DNA of 64,000 nt from Malacoraja senta (taxonomy: Eukaryota). The DNA is taken from contig CM075988.1 in assembly GCA_038087875.1 (NCBI GenBank), forward strand, positions 14,758,001 to 14,822,000, written 5' to 3'. The position numbers and the translations under genes were made by a program. The notes under the pieces were generated by a model. The model was not told the origin of the DNA, made no database searches, and worked only from the letters and a program-made list of their open reading frames with translations. Below are positions 11,051 to 22,578 of this stretch, one piece after another. How positions within the stretch are numbered: the stretch's first letter is position 1; the number at the start of each line of letters is the position of its first letter.

Positions 11051-13408
11051 GAGCCTCTCCACCTTAATCTCTCCCACACACAGATTTATGCTATCGTCGT
11101 TTATGAGGGGTCACCACTAATGCAATGCACTTTCTATCTATGGAGTTGGCATGCCTACTCTGGATGTTATCACTGCGCATCCTCAAAAAATCATCATTAA
11201 TGAATCCTGCACACTCACCAAGGTTAAAAGATGAGCATCACACATACATTTGGCTGAAAGGTCAATGAGGAGTGGTCCTGACCAGAGGTATTGCCGGCCC
11301 TTTTTCTCCAGAGATGCTGGCTGGCCCGCTGAGTTACTCCAGCACTTTGCATCTATCTTTAGCATTTTAGATAGGTCTTTCCATGTTTGAGGGAAGCTAA
11401 AGAGATTTTAACATAACACTTCTACAGATCACATTATCCAATATATTTTTTTAATTAAACTGCTAATTGGAACATTCTTTAAAGAATATTACAGATGGTG
11501 TTTATACGTTGCGAGTCAAAAGATGGGGAATAAGTCATTGAATCATTAATTTTGCATTTGGGCGATATTACGGCTTTGTCTGATAATCTCTTGGAAAAGC
11601 TGCCAATCACCGTACACAGAAGCTAAAGTTAATGAGCAATGTGATTGTGAATCTGAGGAACACAGAACATTATGGTATTATTTTCAAATTAATGCTAGAA
11701 TCTGGCTAAATAGAATACTTGAAATTCAAATTCAAAACACTTAAACAAAATAAAATGTAACCCAAGACCTAAAATTGTTTGTACTCATTTTACATTCTTT
11801 CACAATTCTAAACAAATACAGATGATAAACATATTTTTCATCTCAAATACATCTCCAGGATTGCAAATAATGGAAGTTTTTTTTTTTTCTCTTAACAGCT
11901 TTATTTAATTTTGTTGTGTGTATTATTGTCATTTGTACAGAGGTACAGTGAAAAGCTTTAGTTTGTATGTTGTCCAAACAAAGAAAAGACTATACAATAT
12001 GTGACCGATTATAATCTAGCCATCCACAGTGTACAGACAAGAAGCAACATTCCCCAGAAGAATGCAGCTGGATGCATGGGTTTTGCTGAAATTCTCTCAG
12101 TATCCATGTGCATCCAAAATTGAAAGCAATCGTCAGCCATGACTGCAGAGACCACAGCAACAGACTCCAAGCAACACAAGATAAATTTACCTATGTCTTC
12201 CCATCAAGGAGCATGACCCCAAAATGTCCACAAAACACAAGCTGTGGGGTGGACCAGGCCCAGAGGACGTGCACACTGTGAAATTGGGGTGAGCTTCCAC
12301 AGTTTTGTTAGCATTGTAGTTGTTAAGCCATTCACTCCTTGTCAAAATGAGACTAGCAAAGCAAAGTTTGCTGCTTTGACATCAGCTGAGAGCATCCAGA
12401 AAATCGATCTGAGCAGCCCGTTTTTCTTTGAAGCCCTATGGAGAAAGAGAGAATGCTACTATGAAAACCAATGTAGCAGATGTATCGTAGACCTTTGTTT
12501 AAAGTGTTGGCTTTAAGCTAGCTTGTTTTTCCCTTAAAACTGAGCCACTTAAGAACAGTGCGGAAACCTTCCTGAAAATAATGACATTATTCATTAAATA
12601 AAGACATCAGTCCATCATATAATTAGATTCTAATATTCCAGTTAATGTGTAATTGAAGGCAAGCATTAGTTTAATAAATGTTCTGGACAAGGTTGATTGA
12701 CTCTTCTCCTGTTGGGTTGTTGATGGATTTGATGTACTGGTAGTATTTTGGTTGAGGTTAATAAGGTTTGACAACATCACATGAGCATTAATAAAAACAG
12801 GTGCAGCTTAAAATATTTTGAAGTGATCTTTGATATGAAGGACAGTATCAGAAATGACATGCTGAAATTCAGATACTTTTTCCAACATTTTGGCTGCTCA
12901 TCACATTGTTCCCGCAAGATGGTCTGTGGCTTTCCTGCATCCAAACACAAAAATGGTCCAGATGAGCCAACAACTGAAGCATTGTGACTGAAACACTCCA
13001 AAGCTTTGCCAGCCACCCCGAGCTTTGCAACTGGTCAAAGCTGGAAGAATCACATTCCATATCTCGAGAACCACCTCTCAGCAAGGGAGGATGTCAAAAG
13101 GGGAAAATTCACCATCGCCTACAGTGCACCAACATGGTCTTCTGCTAACTGAGGGGCATATATCTGAAGACCAAAACCTGCAACTCTGACCCGGTGCCAC
13201 GATCAGTACAACAGGCCTAAGGCCAAGTCAACACTCTTTTTAACAGCTTTGAGTTTGAAGGGTACAAAATGGTGTCAGAAATATGGTGACTCTTGTGTAC
13301 TGCCTCAATGCAATTTACTATTCCTACACTCTTGTACTTGAATATCATCGTGCTTATGTGTAGTGTGACTTTTACTGAACTGTATGCAAAACATTCACTG
13401 TACCTATG

Positions 13409-13611
13409 TGTAGATGAGATATGCATGTGCCTTTAACATAGTGACCTCACACCCACTAACCACTCCCCATATCACAAGTATAACTACAACCTCCACACCC
13501 ACAGATCGCTCTCTAGTTCCTGTGACAGACCACGTACAGCTAGTGCAATGTATAATGTCCAGTATGAATAAAGATAGTAAAGTAACGATGTCTCGATATC
13601 AATCCTTTACA
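13409..13611 (+). repeat. 5' LTR (203 bp)
   Basis: tgtagatgag...cctttaca, with AATAAA near 13567; identical by eye to the 3' LTR. Confidence 0.97.
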
Positions 13612-13619
13612 TGGTGTCA
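13612..13619 (+). promoter_or_regulatory. Primer-binding site (TGGTGTCA, compatible with a tRNA-Leu 3' end)
   Basis: TGG directly after the LTR's terminal CA. The 8-nt match is to the ...UGACACCA acceptor end of tRNA-Leu(CAA/CAG); the match beyond 8 nt is weak. Confidence 0.6.
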
Positions 13620-13702
13620 AATAACGTACCTTGCGCCTCCCGTTTATCGGTTTATCATTTAATTTTGACCCAGTTTTTGTTTCCCCCCCTAACTGTTTTG
13701 TT

Positions 13703-16700
13703 ATGGCCTCTTCTGCCCGTAAGCCCGATGCGCTCGTTTTCGATTTCGACATCGCCCTTCGATGGGACATATTCAAACGCGACTTTGAACACTATTTCAC
13801 GATTGCCCATCCTGGCGCCACCGACGCTCTCAAAGCCTCGCTGCTTCTCAACTTGGCTGGTCCCAACGCCTTGACTCGCTCGGACTTCTTCGTCTACGCT
13901 CCTGGAGAATCAGCTCGGGACCCGGCATGTCTGTTGGCTAAGTTTGACGCTATTTGTGACATTCCTACTAATTGTATTTTAGAACGTTTTAAACTGTTCG
14001 CGCGGCGTCAGCTCCCTGGGGAATCGGCTGAGAACTATGTCATTGCGCTGCGGGACCTGGGCAGGCGCTGCCGCCTCGAGACGTGGACCCCCGATAATGT
14101 CATCAGGGACCTACTGGTTTACGGTCTCCGTGATGAGAAGCTCAGGTCCGAACTACTTCGCAAGCCGGATCTGACCTTGGCCGATGCAATGCACGCTACT
14201 CGCTTAGCCGACGCTGTTTCCGCGGCGGCGCCGCCGGCTGAACAGGCGATCAACTTTGCCAGCACTCCTAGCTATCCCATGAATGCACCCCAGTCGCGAC
14301 CCCCGGTGTCGCTCGCTGCTCGAGGGGGACGCGCCCCGGGGTTCGGTGGTGCCACAAGGGGAGACACCCAGCAAAGGTGCCCTAATTGCAACTTCACATC
14401 TCATCAGTTCAATGTGTGCCCTGCGCTGGGAAAGTACTGCAAATCCTGTAATAAGTTGAACCATTTTGCTGCAGCCTGTCGTTCCCGTGGGAAGCCTGTC
14501 GCTGCTCGAAGGCAAAATTTAAACAACCTTCTACAGTCGGATAATGATCTCAGCTCCCAGCACTATTCCGATGAACATTCTGTTCCTACATCCAACTCCT
14601 CTCAGGCAGAAACCAGCTTGTTTACTGTGGTGAACGCACCTGCTATGATAACGGATCCTTCTGTGCAAGTCACTGTGAACAACTCGACCTTCACGGCCAA
14701 AATCGACACTGGGGCGGTTACCAATGTTATGTCAACATCTCTTTTCAACCAGATAAGGACTAATGAGAAGATATTTTCTCAGAGCTCAAATCTGCATGCC
14801 TACGGTGGGGAGATCCTTACTCCTGTGGGCAAGGCCACACTACACTGTAAGATACTGAAGGCCACTCGGCCCCTCACCTTCTTTCTCCTCAATCGAAGTT
14901 GCGTTCCCCTGCTGGGGATCCAGGCATGCCAGGAAATGGGACTGGTGTCCTTCCACCGGGACATCCACCACGTGGCCGAGTATCCTGACCGCTTTGATGA
15001 TAAGCTAGGCAAACTACCCTGCAGCTACAAGATTGAAGTGGACCATAAGATCGTTCCTGTGGTCCATGCTCCTCACCGTATTTCCTTCGCCATGAGGGAC
15101 AAAGTGGAGGCGACCCTACACAGTATGGTACAAATGGGCGTCCTAAAGGCGGTCGTCGAGCCCACCAGCTGGGTCTCTTCCATGGTTGTTGCTGCTAAAA
15201 AGGACATGAGTGAGATACGCATCTGCATCAACCCCAGAGACCTCAACCTGGCCATTCGGCGCCCTCACTACCCTATGAGAACGGTGGAAGACGTCGCTGC
15301 ACGGGTTGGTCCAGCAACGGTCTTTTCGGTTCTCGATGCCAAGAGTTCATTCTGGCAGATACCACTGGACGAGCGGTCGTCCATTTTGACAACCTTCGCC
15401 ACCCCCTACGGAAGGTTTCGGTTCCTCCGAATGCCCTTCGGAATCAACTCTGCCAGCGAGGTATTCCAGCGAACCATGGAACAGTTGTTTTCAGATCTGC
15501 CTTGCGCCATAATTGTTGACGACATCCTCGTTTACGGTAAGGATGTTGCCGAACACGATGTCAACCTCCGCCTGATCCTGGACCGGGCCAGGCAAATCAA
15601 CTTGAAACTGAACCCCAAGAAGTGCCGATTCCGCGTCTCGGAGGTCACCTATGTTGGACACGTATTCACCGCTGAGGGGCTGAAGCCTGACCCGCAGAAA
15701 ACGACTGCCATCTCAGGTATGCCTCCTCCTATTAACGTGGCAGGCCTGCAACGCTTTCTCGGCTTGGTAAACTACCTGGGGAAGTTCATCCCCGACCTAA
15801 GCGAGCTCAGCGCTCCCCTGAGGGATCTGATCAAAAAGGACACTTCCTGGCTTTGGTTACCCAATCATCAGAAGGCATTTGACATTCTTAAGTCTAAACT
15901 GATCAGCACACCCACGCTCAAGTTCTTTGACCTGCGGCATCCCATTGTCCTCACCTGCGACGCCTCTCAATTCGGACTCGGTGCCGCCTGCCTCCAGGTC
16001 CATGACGGCCTGCAGATGCCTGTCTCATTCGCGTCCCGCACCATGACCGCCACCGAACAGCACTACGCGCAGATTGAGAAGGAGCTACTGGCCGTGCTGT
16101 TTGCCTGCTCCAAATTCCGGGACTACATCGTGGGCAACACTTTCACCGTTGAAACTGACCATCAACCACTTGTTACCATCCTCAACAAACCGATCCATGT
16201 GGCCTCATCACGTCTGCAGCGCATGCTGCTGCAGCTCCAGCGTTTCACGTTCACGGTGGTTTATCGTAAGGGGAAGGACATGTTCGTAGCCGACACGTTG
16301 TCTCGCGCCCCGCTGACGTCCACTGCTCGCCACCAATACGAAACGTCCGAGTTACTAGTACTACGATTGAACTTCGTCCCCTCGCCACAGATGAAATCCC
16401 TGGTTGAACACACTACCAACGACCCTGCCCTGCAACAGCTGTCTGCCGTCATCCGGCAGGGCTGGCCTGACCGTCGCTCGGCACTGCCGGCTGGAGCCGT
16501 GCCCTACTTCCTGATTCGGGACGAGCTCGTATTGCACGACGGCGTGGTGGTGAAGGGTCACAAAGTGGTCGTGCCCGCGGCGCTGCACGACCACTATTTT
16601 CAGGTCGCACACCGCGGTCACACTGGGGCCGAAGCCACTTTGTCTCTCGCCAAGGCACAGTTCTATTGGCCGGATATGGCAAAGTACATCCGGGAGAGGG

Positions 16701-17854
16701 TCTCATCGTGTTCCACCTGCAACAGCCGCGCCCCCCATCAGCAGCGTCAGCCGCTTCTACAGCAGCCCGCGCCCGGACTGCCCTGGATGGCGCTCGCCAC
16801 AGACATTTTCGAGTGGCGGGGCAAACATTTCCTGGTACTCGTTGACTTCTACTCCAGCTGGTTTGCGGTTGACCGGCTGCCTTCCGTGACCTCTTCGGCC
16901 GTCATCGACAGGTTGGACCCTCACTTTAGCACTTTTGGCCCCCCGGCGAGCCTGCAGTCGGACAATGGCAGCCAGTTCACGAGCTCCGAGTTTAAAGCGT
17001 TCGCTTCCAGATGGAACTTTCGCCATTTCACAAGCAGCCCGGAGTACCCGCAAAGCAACGGTTTGGCCGAGCGCGCGGTACGCAGTGCTAAGCACCTGTT
17101 GGAACAGTGTGGTGGCATTAACTCCGACTTCCACCTGGCCCTCCTCAGCCTTCGGAACATCTCCCGCGACCCTGCCATGGGTTCACCTGCTCAGCGGCTC
17201 CTGTCTCGCGCTACCAGGCTCCCACTCCCGGTGGCCCAGCGATCCCTCATACCCTCGGTCCTTCCACCTGCGGCGGTTCAGAAACGGATTGCCTTCAGGC
17301 AAGACGTCCAAAAGCGGTCCCATGACAGGTCCTGCCACCCGCTGCCGCCCCTCTTCCCCGGTCAAGTAGTCCGTATGCAGACCACTCCCGGTCACTCCAA
17401 GCTCGCTACTGTCGTCGGCTCTGCGGGGTCGCCCAGGTCCTATTTCGTCGACTACGCTGGGACCATTTACCGACGGTCTCGCCAGCACCTTCGGCTCGTC
17501 CACGAGCCGCGTCCTCCTCCCGCCGATCCCTTTGCTCCCCCGCTGCCTGTTTCCCGTCCGGCCGTTGCCCTGCCCGTGATTCCCTGCATGCCTCGCTCTG
17601 CTCCTCCTTCGCCCCCTCCGCTCCAACACACTCCGACTAGTCCTCGGACGCCTCCCCGCGCTCCCCCCGGTCCCGGCCCCGCATCCCCTCCGGTTTCGGT
17701 GCCGCGATCTCTTCCGTTTCCTCCCGTTTCTCCCTTTCAGGTTCGTCTGTCCCCGCTGGTGCCTCTTCCTCCTCCAGGAAGGGTGGATGGCGAGACGCGA
17801 ACCCGGGCGGGACGTCTGGTCAAACCGCCTGACCGCTATGGCGATGTTGCCTAG
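13703..17854 (+). CDS. Gag-Pol polyprotein (Gag with two Cys/His knuckles, protease, RT, RNase H, integrase), 1383 aa from first ATG
   Basis: Zn knuckles CPNCNFTSH..CKSCNKLNHFAAAC; protease IDTGA; RT LDAKSSFWQ/RMPFG/IVDD; RNase H CDAS/EKELLAV/TDHQPL/ADTLSR; integrase HRGH..CSTC, TDIF/SDNG/NGLAER; Pro-rich tail ending RTRAGRLVKPPDRY. Confidence 0.95.
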   Translation: MASSARKPDALVFDFDIALRWDIFKRDFEHYFTIAHPGATDALKASLLLNLAGPNALTRSDFFVYAPGESARDPACLLAKFDAICDIPTNCILERFKLFARRQLPGESAENYVIALRDLGRRCRLETWTPDNVIRDLLVYGLRDEKLRSELLRKPDLTLADAMHATRLADAVSAAAPPAEQAINFASTPSYPMNAPQSRPPVSLAARGGRAPGFGGATRGDTQQRCPNCNFTSHQFNVCPALGKYCKSCNKLNHFAAACRSRGKPVAARRQNLNNLLQSDNDLSSQHYSDEHSVPTSNSSQAETSLFTVVNAPAMITDPSVQVTVNNSTFTAKIDTGAVTNVMSTSLFNQIRTNEKIFSQSSNLHAYGGEILTPVGKATLHCKILKATRPLTFFLLNRSCVPLLGIQACQEMGLVSFHRDIHHVAEYPDRFDDKLGKLPCSYKIEVDHKIVPVVHAPHRISFAMRDKVEATLHSMVQMGVLKAVVEPTSWVSSMVVAAKKDMSEIRICINPRDLNLAIRRPHYPMRTVEDVAARVGPATVFSVLDAKSSFWQIPLDERSSILTTFATPYGRFRFLRMPFGINSASEVFQRTMEQLFSDLPCAIIVDDILVYGKDVAEHDVNLRLILDRARQINLKLNPKKCRFRVSEVTYVGHVFTAEGLKPDPQKTTAISGMPPPINVAGLQRFLGLVNYLGKFIPDLSELSAPLRDLIKKDTSWLWLPNHQKAFDILKSKLISTPTLKFFDLRHPIVLTCDASQFGLGAACLQVHDGLQMPVSFASRTMTATEQHYAQIEKELLAVLFACSKFRDYIVGNTFTVETDHQPLVTILNKPIHVASSRLQRMLLQLQRFTFTVVYRKGKDMFVADTLSRAPLTSTARHQYETSELLVLRLNFVPSPQMKSLVEHTTNDPALQQLSAVIRQGWPDRRSALPAGAVPYFLIRDELVLHDGVVVKGHKVVVPAALHDHYFQVAHRGHTGAEATLSLAKAQFYWPDMAKYIRERVSSCSTCNSRAPHQQRQPLLQQPAPGLPWMALATDIFEWRGKHFLVLVDFYSSWFAVDRLPSVTSSAVIDRLDPHFSTFGPPASLQSDNGSQFTSSEFKAFASRWNFRHFTSSPEYPQSNGLAERAVRSAKHLLEQCGGINSDFHLALLSLRNISRDPAMGSPAQRLLSRATRLPLPVAQRSLIPSVLPPAAVQKRIAFRQDVQKRSHDRSCHPLPPLFPGQVVRMQTTPGHSKLATVVGSAGSPRSYFVDYAGTIYRRSRQHLRLVHEPRPPPADPFAPPLPVSRPAVALPVIPCMPRSAPPSPPPLQHTPTSPRTPPRAPPGPGPASPPVSVPRSLPFPPVSPFQVRLSPLVPLPPPGRVDGETRTRAGRLVKPPDRYGDVA

Positions 17855-17923
17855 CTATCCTAGCGCATGAGCCGTGGTCGCCATGTCACCTTTGTATTTG
17901 CCTGTCGTTTCGGGGAGGAAGGA

Positions 17924-18126
17924 TGTAGATGAGATATGCATGTGCCTTTAACATAGTGACCTCACACCCACTAACCACTCCCCATATCACAAGTATAACT
18001 ACAACCTCCACACCCACAGATCGCTCTCTAGTTCCTGTGACAGACCACGTACAGCTAGTGCAATGTATAATGTCCAGTATGAATAAAGATAGTAAAGTAA
18101 CGATGTCTCGATATCAATCCTTTACA
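17924..18126 (+). repeat. 3' LTR (203 bp)
   Basis: Preceded by the polypurine tract and followed by TSD ctatg. Confidence 0.97.
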
Positions 18127-18149
18127 CTATGTGACAATGAAGTACCACT

Positions 18150-18300
18150 GATGGACCTCATGGTATGCCAAGACGTTGTCATCCCTGCCCTCCTATATAC
18201 TTGTGACAACCTACTGCAGGCACTTCAAAGCACAAGTATCAAACCACAATAGTTCCTTCACAAAATAATCCAAATCCAGTCTCCCTTCTTCAAACTAATA
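18150..18300 (+). pseudogene. Old RTE-like LINE ORF fragment
   Basis: LMVCQDVVIPALLYTCD resembles the RTE post-RT motif VYxAVVxPxLLYxCETW. Confidence 0.55.
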
Positions 18301-18340
18301 ATCAGATAAACATCGAGGATCTTGTGAAAACCAAGAGTGT

Positions 18341-18470
18341 TCTGAAGAAGGGTTCTGACCCAAAATGTCACATGTTCCTTTTCTTCAGATATGCTGCCTG
18401 TCCCATTGAGTTACTCCAGCATTTTGTGTATATCTTCAGTATAAAGCAGTATCTGCAGTTCCTTCCCACA
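18341..18470 (+). repeat. Penelope-derived short repeat
   Basis: ctgaagaagggttctgacccaaaatgtcac...gagttactccagcattttgtg. Confidence 0.7.
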
Positions 18471-19676
18471 CATTCAATGACTTCAAGAGTAGACTGCAAG
18501 CTCCCAATTGGCTCTTCTAACTCTCAGTGGGGGAAACATGGCCTGTGCATACCACAAATCCAGTGCCAATAAACCAGATCAGACCAGAGGACATTCTTAG
18601 CAACTTAATTTTCAATAACAGAAGTAACCAGTACAGTCAGTGCTGGAGATAAACAGAGCTCTTTGGCCTCCTCCAAAAAAGGAGTGATATCTCTGCCTCC
18701 AGTTAGATCGTCTCAAAGCAAGGACCATGATCATAAGAAGGAATCAACTGTTCTACATTGAGGCAATTGAGAGAAGAAATGTCTTTGCTCGGCGAGCGAG
18801 TGGAATCTTCAGGGTTCTCTATTCAAGGGGGCTTTGGAGAGTCTGTTACTTATGTGAAACATAGAAAGGGAGAGTTTTATATATTAAGGAAATCTCACGT
18901 TAGTGAGATGAATGGTCAGCCCTGATATTATTGAATACTAGGGCAGACATGAAGAACTGAATGGCGAGCTGCCAGTTTTATTTCTCATTTCCACTTTAAT
19001 CATTGGAACCTTCATGTGCATTGATTATGGAGTCTGACTTTCTGTCAATTAGCAGCCAAAGGCTTACTGCCCCCATGTCAGCAGAACTGGTTGAGAATCC
19101 TTGCATTCAGGAGTGAGTTAAGTGGAAGATTTGCATCTCATTTGTGGAATTGCTTATGTACCAACAATTACCAGGTGCATTTGTAAATACAACTCAACTA
19201 AAAGGGTACATATTCTGGGCTTTGCAGCAATGACTCTGGTTGTGTGATGAATGCCACCTCTCCTTCGATTTTTCACACAGCGATGCATCAATCCTCACGT
19301 TTGTTTCTCACCCGACCCGAGTTGAAACAAGCATACAGAGTTTTAATTTGATAGATTAAATGGCAATTAAGGCAATTTATTTATTTTACCAACCATTTGT
19401 AATGTTCCCCAAGAATCCTCAGATGGGAGGCAGAGACTAATAAGAACACACATCTCCATTTTTATGAGCGCATTTAACATTTATTCTCAAGGAATACAAC
19501 ATAATTGAATATATTTAGTGTCCATCATAATTTTTTGAAACACACTGGAGGCATTCTGTCTGTGTATTAATAATTGTTGAACACAGTGGATTAATGGCAA
19601 TTGAGTATTGAAAAAAAAATTGACTGGGGAAAAAGGAAGCTGTTTGGAATTGTAAAGCAGACCTGACAGTTGAAAC

Positions 19677-19743
19677 AGCTGGAGAAACTCAGCGGGTGAG
19701 GCAGCATCTATGGAGCGAAGGAAATAGGCAACGTTTCGGGTCG
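19677..19743 (-). repeat. Penelope-derived fragment abutting the CR1 5' end
   Basis: gctggagaaactcagcgggtgaggcagcatct...aacgtttcgggtcg. Confidence 0.7.
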
Positions 19744-19753
19744 CATATCACAT

Positions 19754-22314
19754 TGTAGCCCGGATGTAGGGTGTAAGTTGCAGCAGGAGTTAAAACTGGC
19801 ATGTAACAAAGGTAATGCCACTGTGGTGATGGGGGATGTCAATATGCAGGTAGACTGGGAAAACCAGGTTGGTTCAGGACCCCAAGAAAGAGAGTTTGTA
19901 GAGTGCCTCCGAGATGGATTCTTAGAGCAGCTTGTAATGGAGCCGACCAGAGAAAAGGCAATTCTGGATTTAGTGTTGTCCAATGAACCAGATATGATAA
20001 GAGAACTCGAGGTAAAGGAACCGCTTGGAGGTAGTGATCATAATATGATTAGTTTTAACCTGCAATTTGAGAAGGAGAACGTTAAATCGGAAGTGGCAGT
20101 GATGCAGTTGAACAAAGGGGACTATGAAGGCATGAGAGGGGAGCTGGCCAAAGTAGACTGGAAAGGGATCCTAGCAGGAATGACGGTGGAACAGCAATGG
20201 CAGGAATTTCTGGGCATAATCCGGGAGACGCAGGATCATTTCATTTCAAAAAGGAAGAAAGATTCTAAGGGGAGTAGGAGGCAACCGTGGCTGACAAGAG
20301 AAGTTAGGGATAGAATAAAACTAAAAGAAAAGATGTATAACACAGCAAAGAGTAGCCGGAAGCCAGAGGATTGGGAAACTTTCATAGGACAACAGAAGGA
20401 AACAAAACGGGCAATACGGGCTGAAAAGATGAAGTACGAGGGGAAGCCAGGAATATAAAGGACAGTAAAAGCTTCTTTAGATATGTTAAGGGAAAAAGAG
20501 TAGCAAAGTCAAATGTGGGTCCCTTGAAGGCAGACACGGGTGAAATTATTATGGGCAACAAGGAAATGGCGGAAGAGTTGAATAGGTACTTCGGATCTGT
20601 CTTCACTAAGGATGACACAAACAATCTCCCAGATGTACTGGAGGACAGAGGATCTAAGGGGGTAGTGGAACTGAAAGAAATTTTCATTAGGCGAGAAATA
20701 GTATTGGGTAGACTAATGGGACTGAAGGATGATAAATCCCCTGGGCCTGATGGTCTGCATCCCAGGGTCCTCAGGGAGGTGGCTCTAGAAATAGTGGATG
20801 CATTGGTGATCATTTTCCAATGTTCAATAGATTCAGGATCAGTTCCTGTGGATTGGAGGATAGCTAATGTTATCCCACTTTTCAAGAAAGGAGCGAGAGA
20901 GAAAACGGGGAATTACAGACCAGTTAGTCTGACCGGTGGTGGGAAAGATGCTGGAGTCAATTATTAAAGAGGTAATAATGGGGCATTTGGATAGCAGTAA
21001 AAGGATTAGTCCAAGTCAACATGGATTTATGAAAGGGAAATCATGCTTGACTAATCTTCTGGAATTTTTTGAGGATGTGACAAGTAAAATGGATGAAGGG
21101 GTGCCAGTGGATGTAGTGTATCTAGACTTTCAGAAAGCCTTTGATAAGGTCCCGCACGGGGAACTGGTGACTAAAATCAGAGCACATGGTATTGGGGGTA
21201 GGGTGTTGACATGGATAGAAAATTGGTTGGCAGACCGGAAGCAAAGAGTAGGAGTGAACGGGTCCTTTTCAGAATGGCAGGCAGTGGCGAGTGGAGTGCC
21301 GCAAGGCTCGGTGTTGGGGCCGCAACTGATTACCATATATATTAATGATTTGGAAGAGGGAATTAGGAGCAACACTAGCAAGTTTGCAGATGACACAAAG
21401 CTGGGTGGCAGTGTGAACTGTGAAGAGGATGTTAGGAGGTTGCAGGGTGACCTGGACAGGTTGAGTGAGTGGGCAGATGCGTGGCAGATGCAGTATAATA
21501 TAGATAAATGTGAGCTTATCTACTTTGGCAGCAAAAACAAGGGGGCAGATTATTATCTCAATGGAGTTAGGTTAGGTAAGGGGGAGGTACAGCGAAACCT
21601 GGGTGTCCTTGTACACTGGTCACTGAAAGTTGGCGTGCAGGTACAGCAGGCAGTGAAGAAAGCTAATGGAATGTTGGCCTTCATAACAAGAGGATTTCAG
21701 TATAGGAGTAAAGAGGTTCTTCTGCAGTTGTATAGGGCTCTGGTGAGACCACATCTGGGGTATTGCGTACAGTTTTGGTCTCCTAATTTGAGGAAGGACA
21801 TCCTTGTGATTGAGGCAGTGCAGCGTAGGTTCACGAGATTGATCCCTGGGATGGCGGGACTGTCATATGAGGAAAGATTGAAAAGACTAGGCTTGTATTT
21901 ACTGGAGTTTAGAAAGATGAGGGGGTCGATCTTATAGAAACATATAAAATTATAAAAGGACTGGACAAGCTACAGTAGATGCAGGAAAAATGTTCCCAAT
22001 GTTGGGCGAGTCCAGAACCAGGGGCCACAGTCTTAGAATAAAGGGGAGGTCATTTAAGACTGAGGTGACAAAAAACGTTTTCACCCAGAGAGTTGTGAAT
22101 TTATGGAATTCCCTGCCACAGAGGGCAGTGGAGGCCAAATCACTGGATGGATTTAAGAGAGAGTTAGATAGAGCTCTGGGGGCTAGTGGAGTCAATGGAT
22201 ATGGGGAGAAGGCAGGCACGGGTTATTGATAGGGGACGATCAGCCATGATCACAATGAATGGCGGTGCTGGCTCGAAGGGCCGAATGGCCTCCTCCTGCA
22301 CCTATTTTCTATGT
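19754..22314 (+). mobile_element. Young 5'-truncated CR1 LINE (partial EN, RT, 3'UTR); ORF2 broken by about 3 frameshifts
   Basis: MGDVN, LDLVL, GSDHN, SPGPDGLHP, NYRPVSLT, YLDFQKAFDKV, GVPQGSVLGP, KFADDTK, RTRGHS; tail ...gaatggcctcctcctgcacctattttctatgt. Confidence 0.95.
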
Positions 22315-22351
22315 AACAATCCCAGCTCAACGCTTGACTTGCACATGTGAT

Positions 22352-22578
22352 AGAAACAAGGAACTGCAGATGTGGTTTATACCAAAGATAGACACAAAGT
22401 GCTGGAGTAACTCAGCGGGTTAGGCAGCATCTCTGGAGAACATGGATAGGTGACGATTCAGGTCGGGAACCTTCTTCAGATCAGTCTGAAGATGGATCCA
22501 AACCCAATACATCACCCATCTTTTTCACCAGAGATGCTGCCTGACCCGCTGAGTTACTCCAGCACTTTGTGTCTATCT
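22352..22578. mobile_element. Fold-back (head-to-head) Penelope-derived mini-element with perfect 14-bp TSD
   Basis: cttgcacatgtgat at 22338-22351 and 22579-22592. Inverted arms meet at cttcttcagatcagtctgaaga. Confidence 0.85.

Larger units (their letters stand above)
13409..18126 (+). mobile_element. Full-length Ty3/Gypsy (Mag-like) LTR retrotransposon
   Basis: TG...CA LTRs at 13409-13611 and 17924-18126. TSD CTATG at 13404-13408 and 18127-18131. PBS TGGTGTCA at 13612 and PPT GGGGAGGAAGGA at 17912-17923. Single gag-pol ORF. Confidence 0.97.

Noticed and set aside
13631..13702. ORF-track start of the Gypsy polyprotein at a TTG
   Set aside because: The first in-frame ATG at 13703 (MASSARKP) is the more plausible eukaryotic start.
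14204..17629. Numerous antisense and alternate-frame ORFs within the Gypsy element
   Set aside because: Shadow ORFs expected in GC-rich coding DNA; no motifs and no env-like features.
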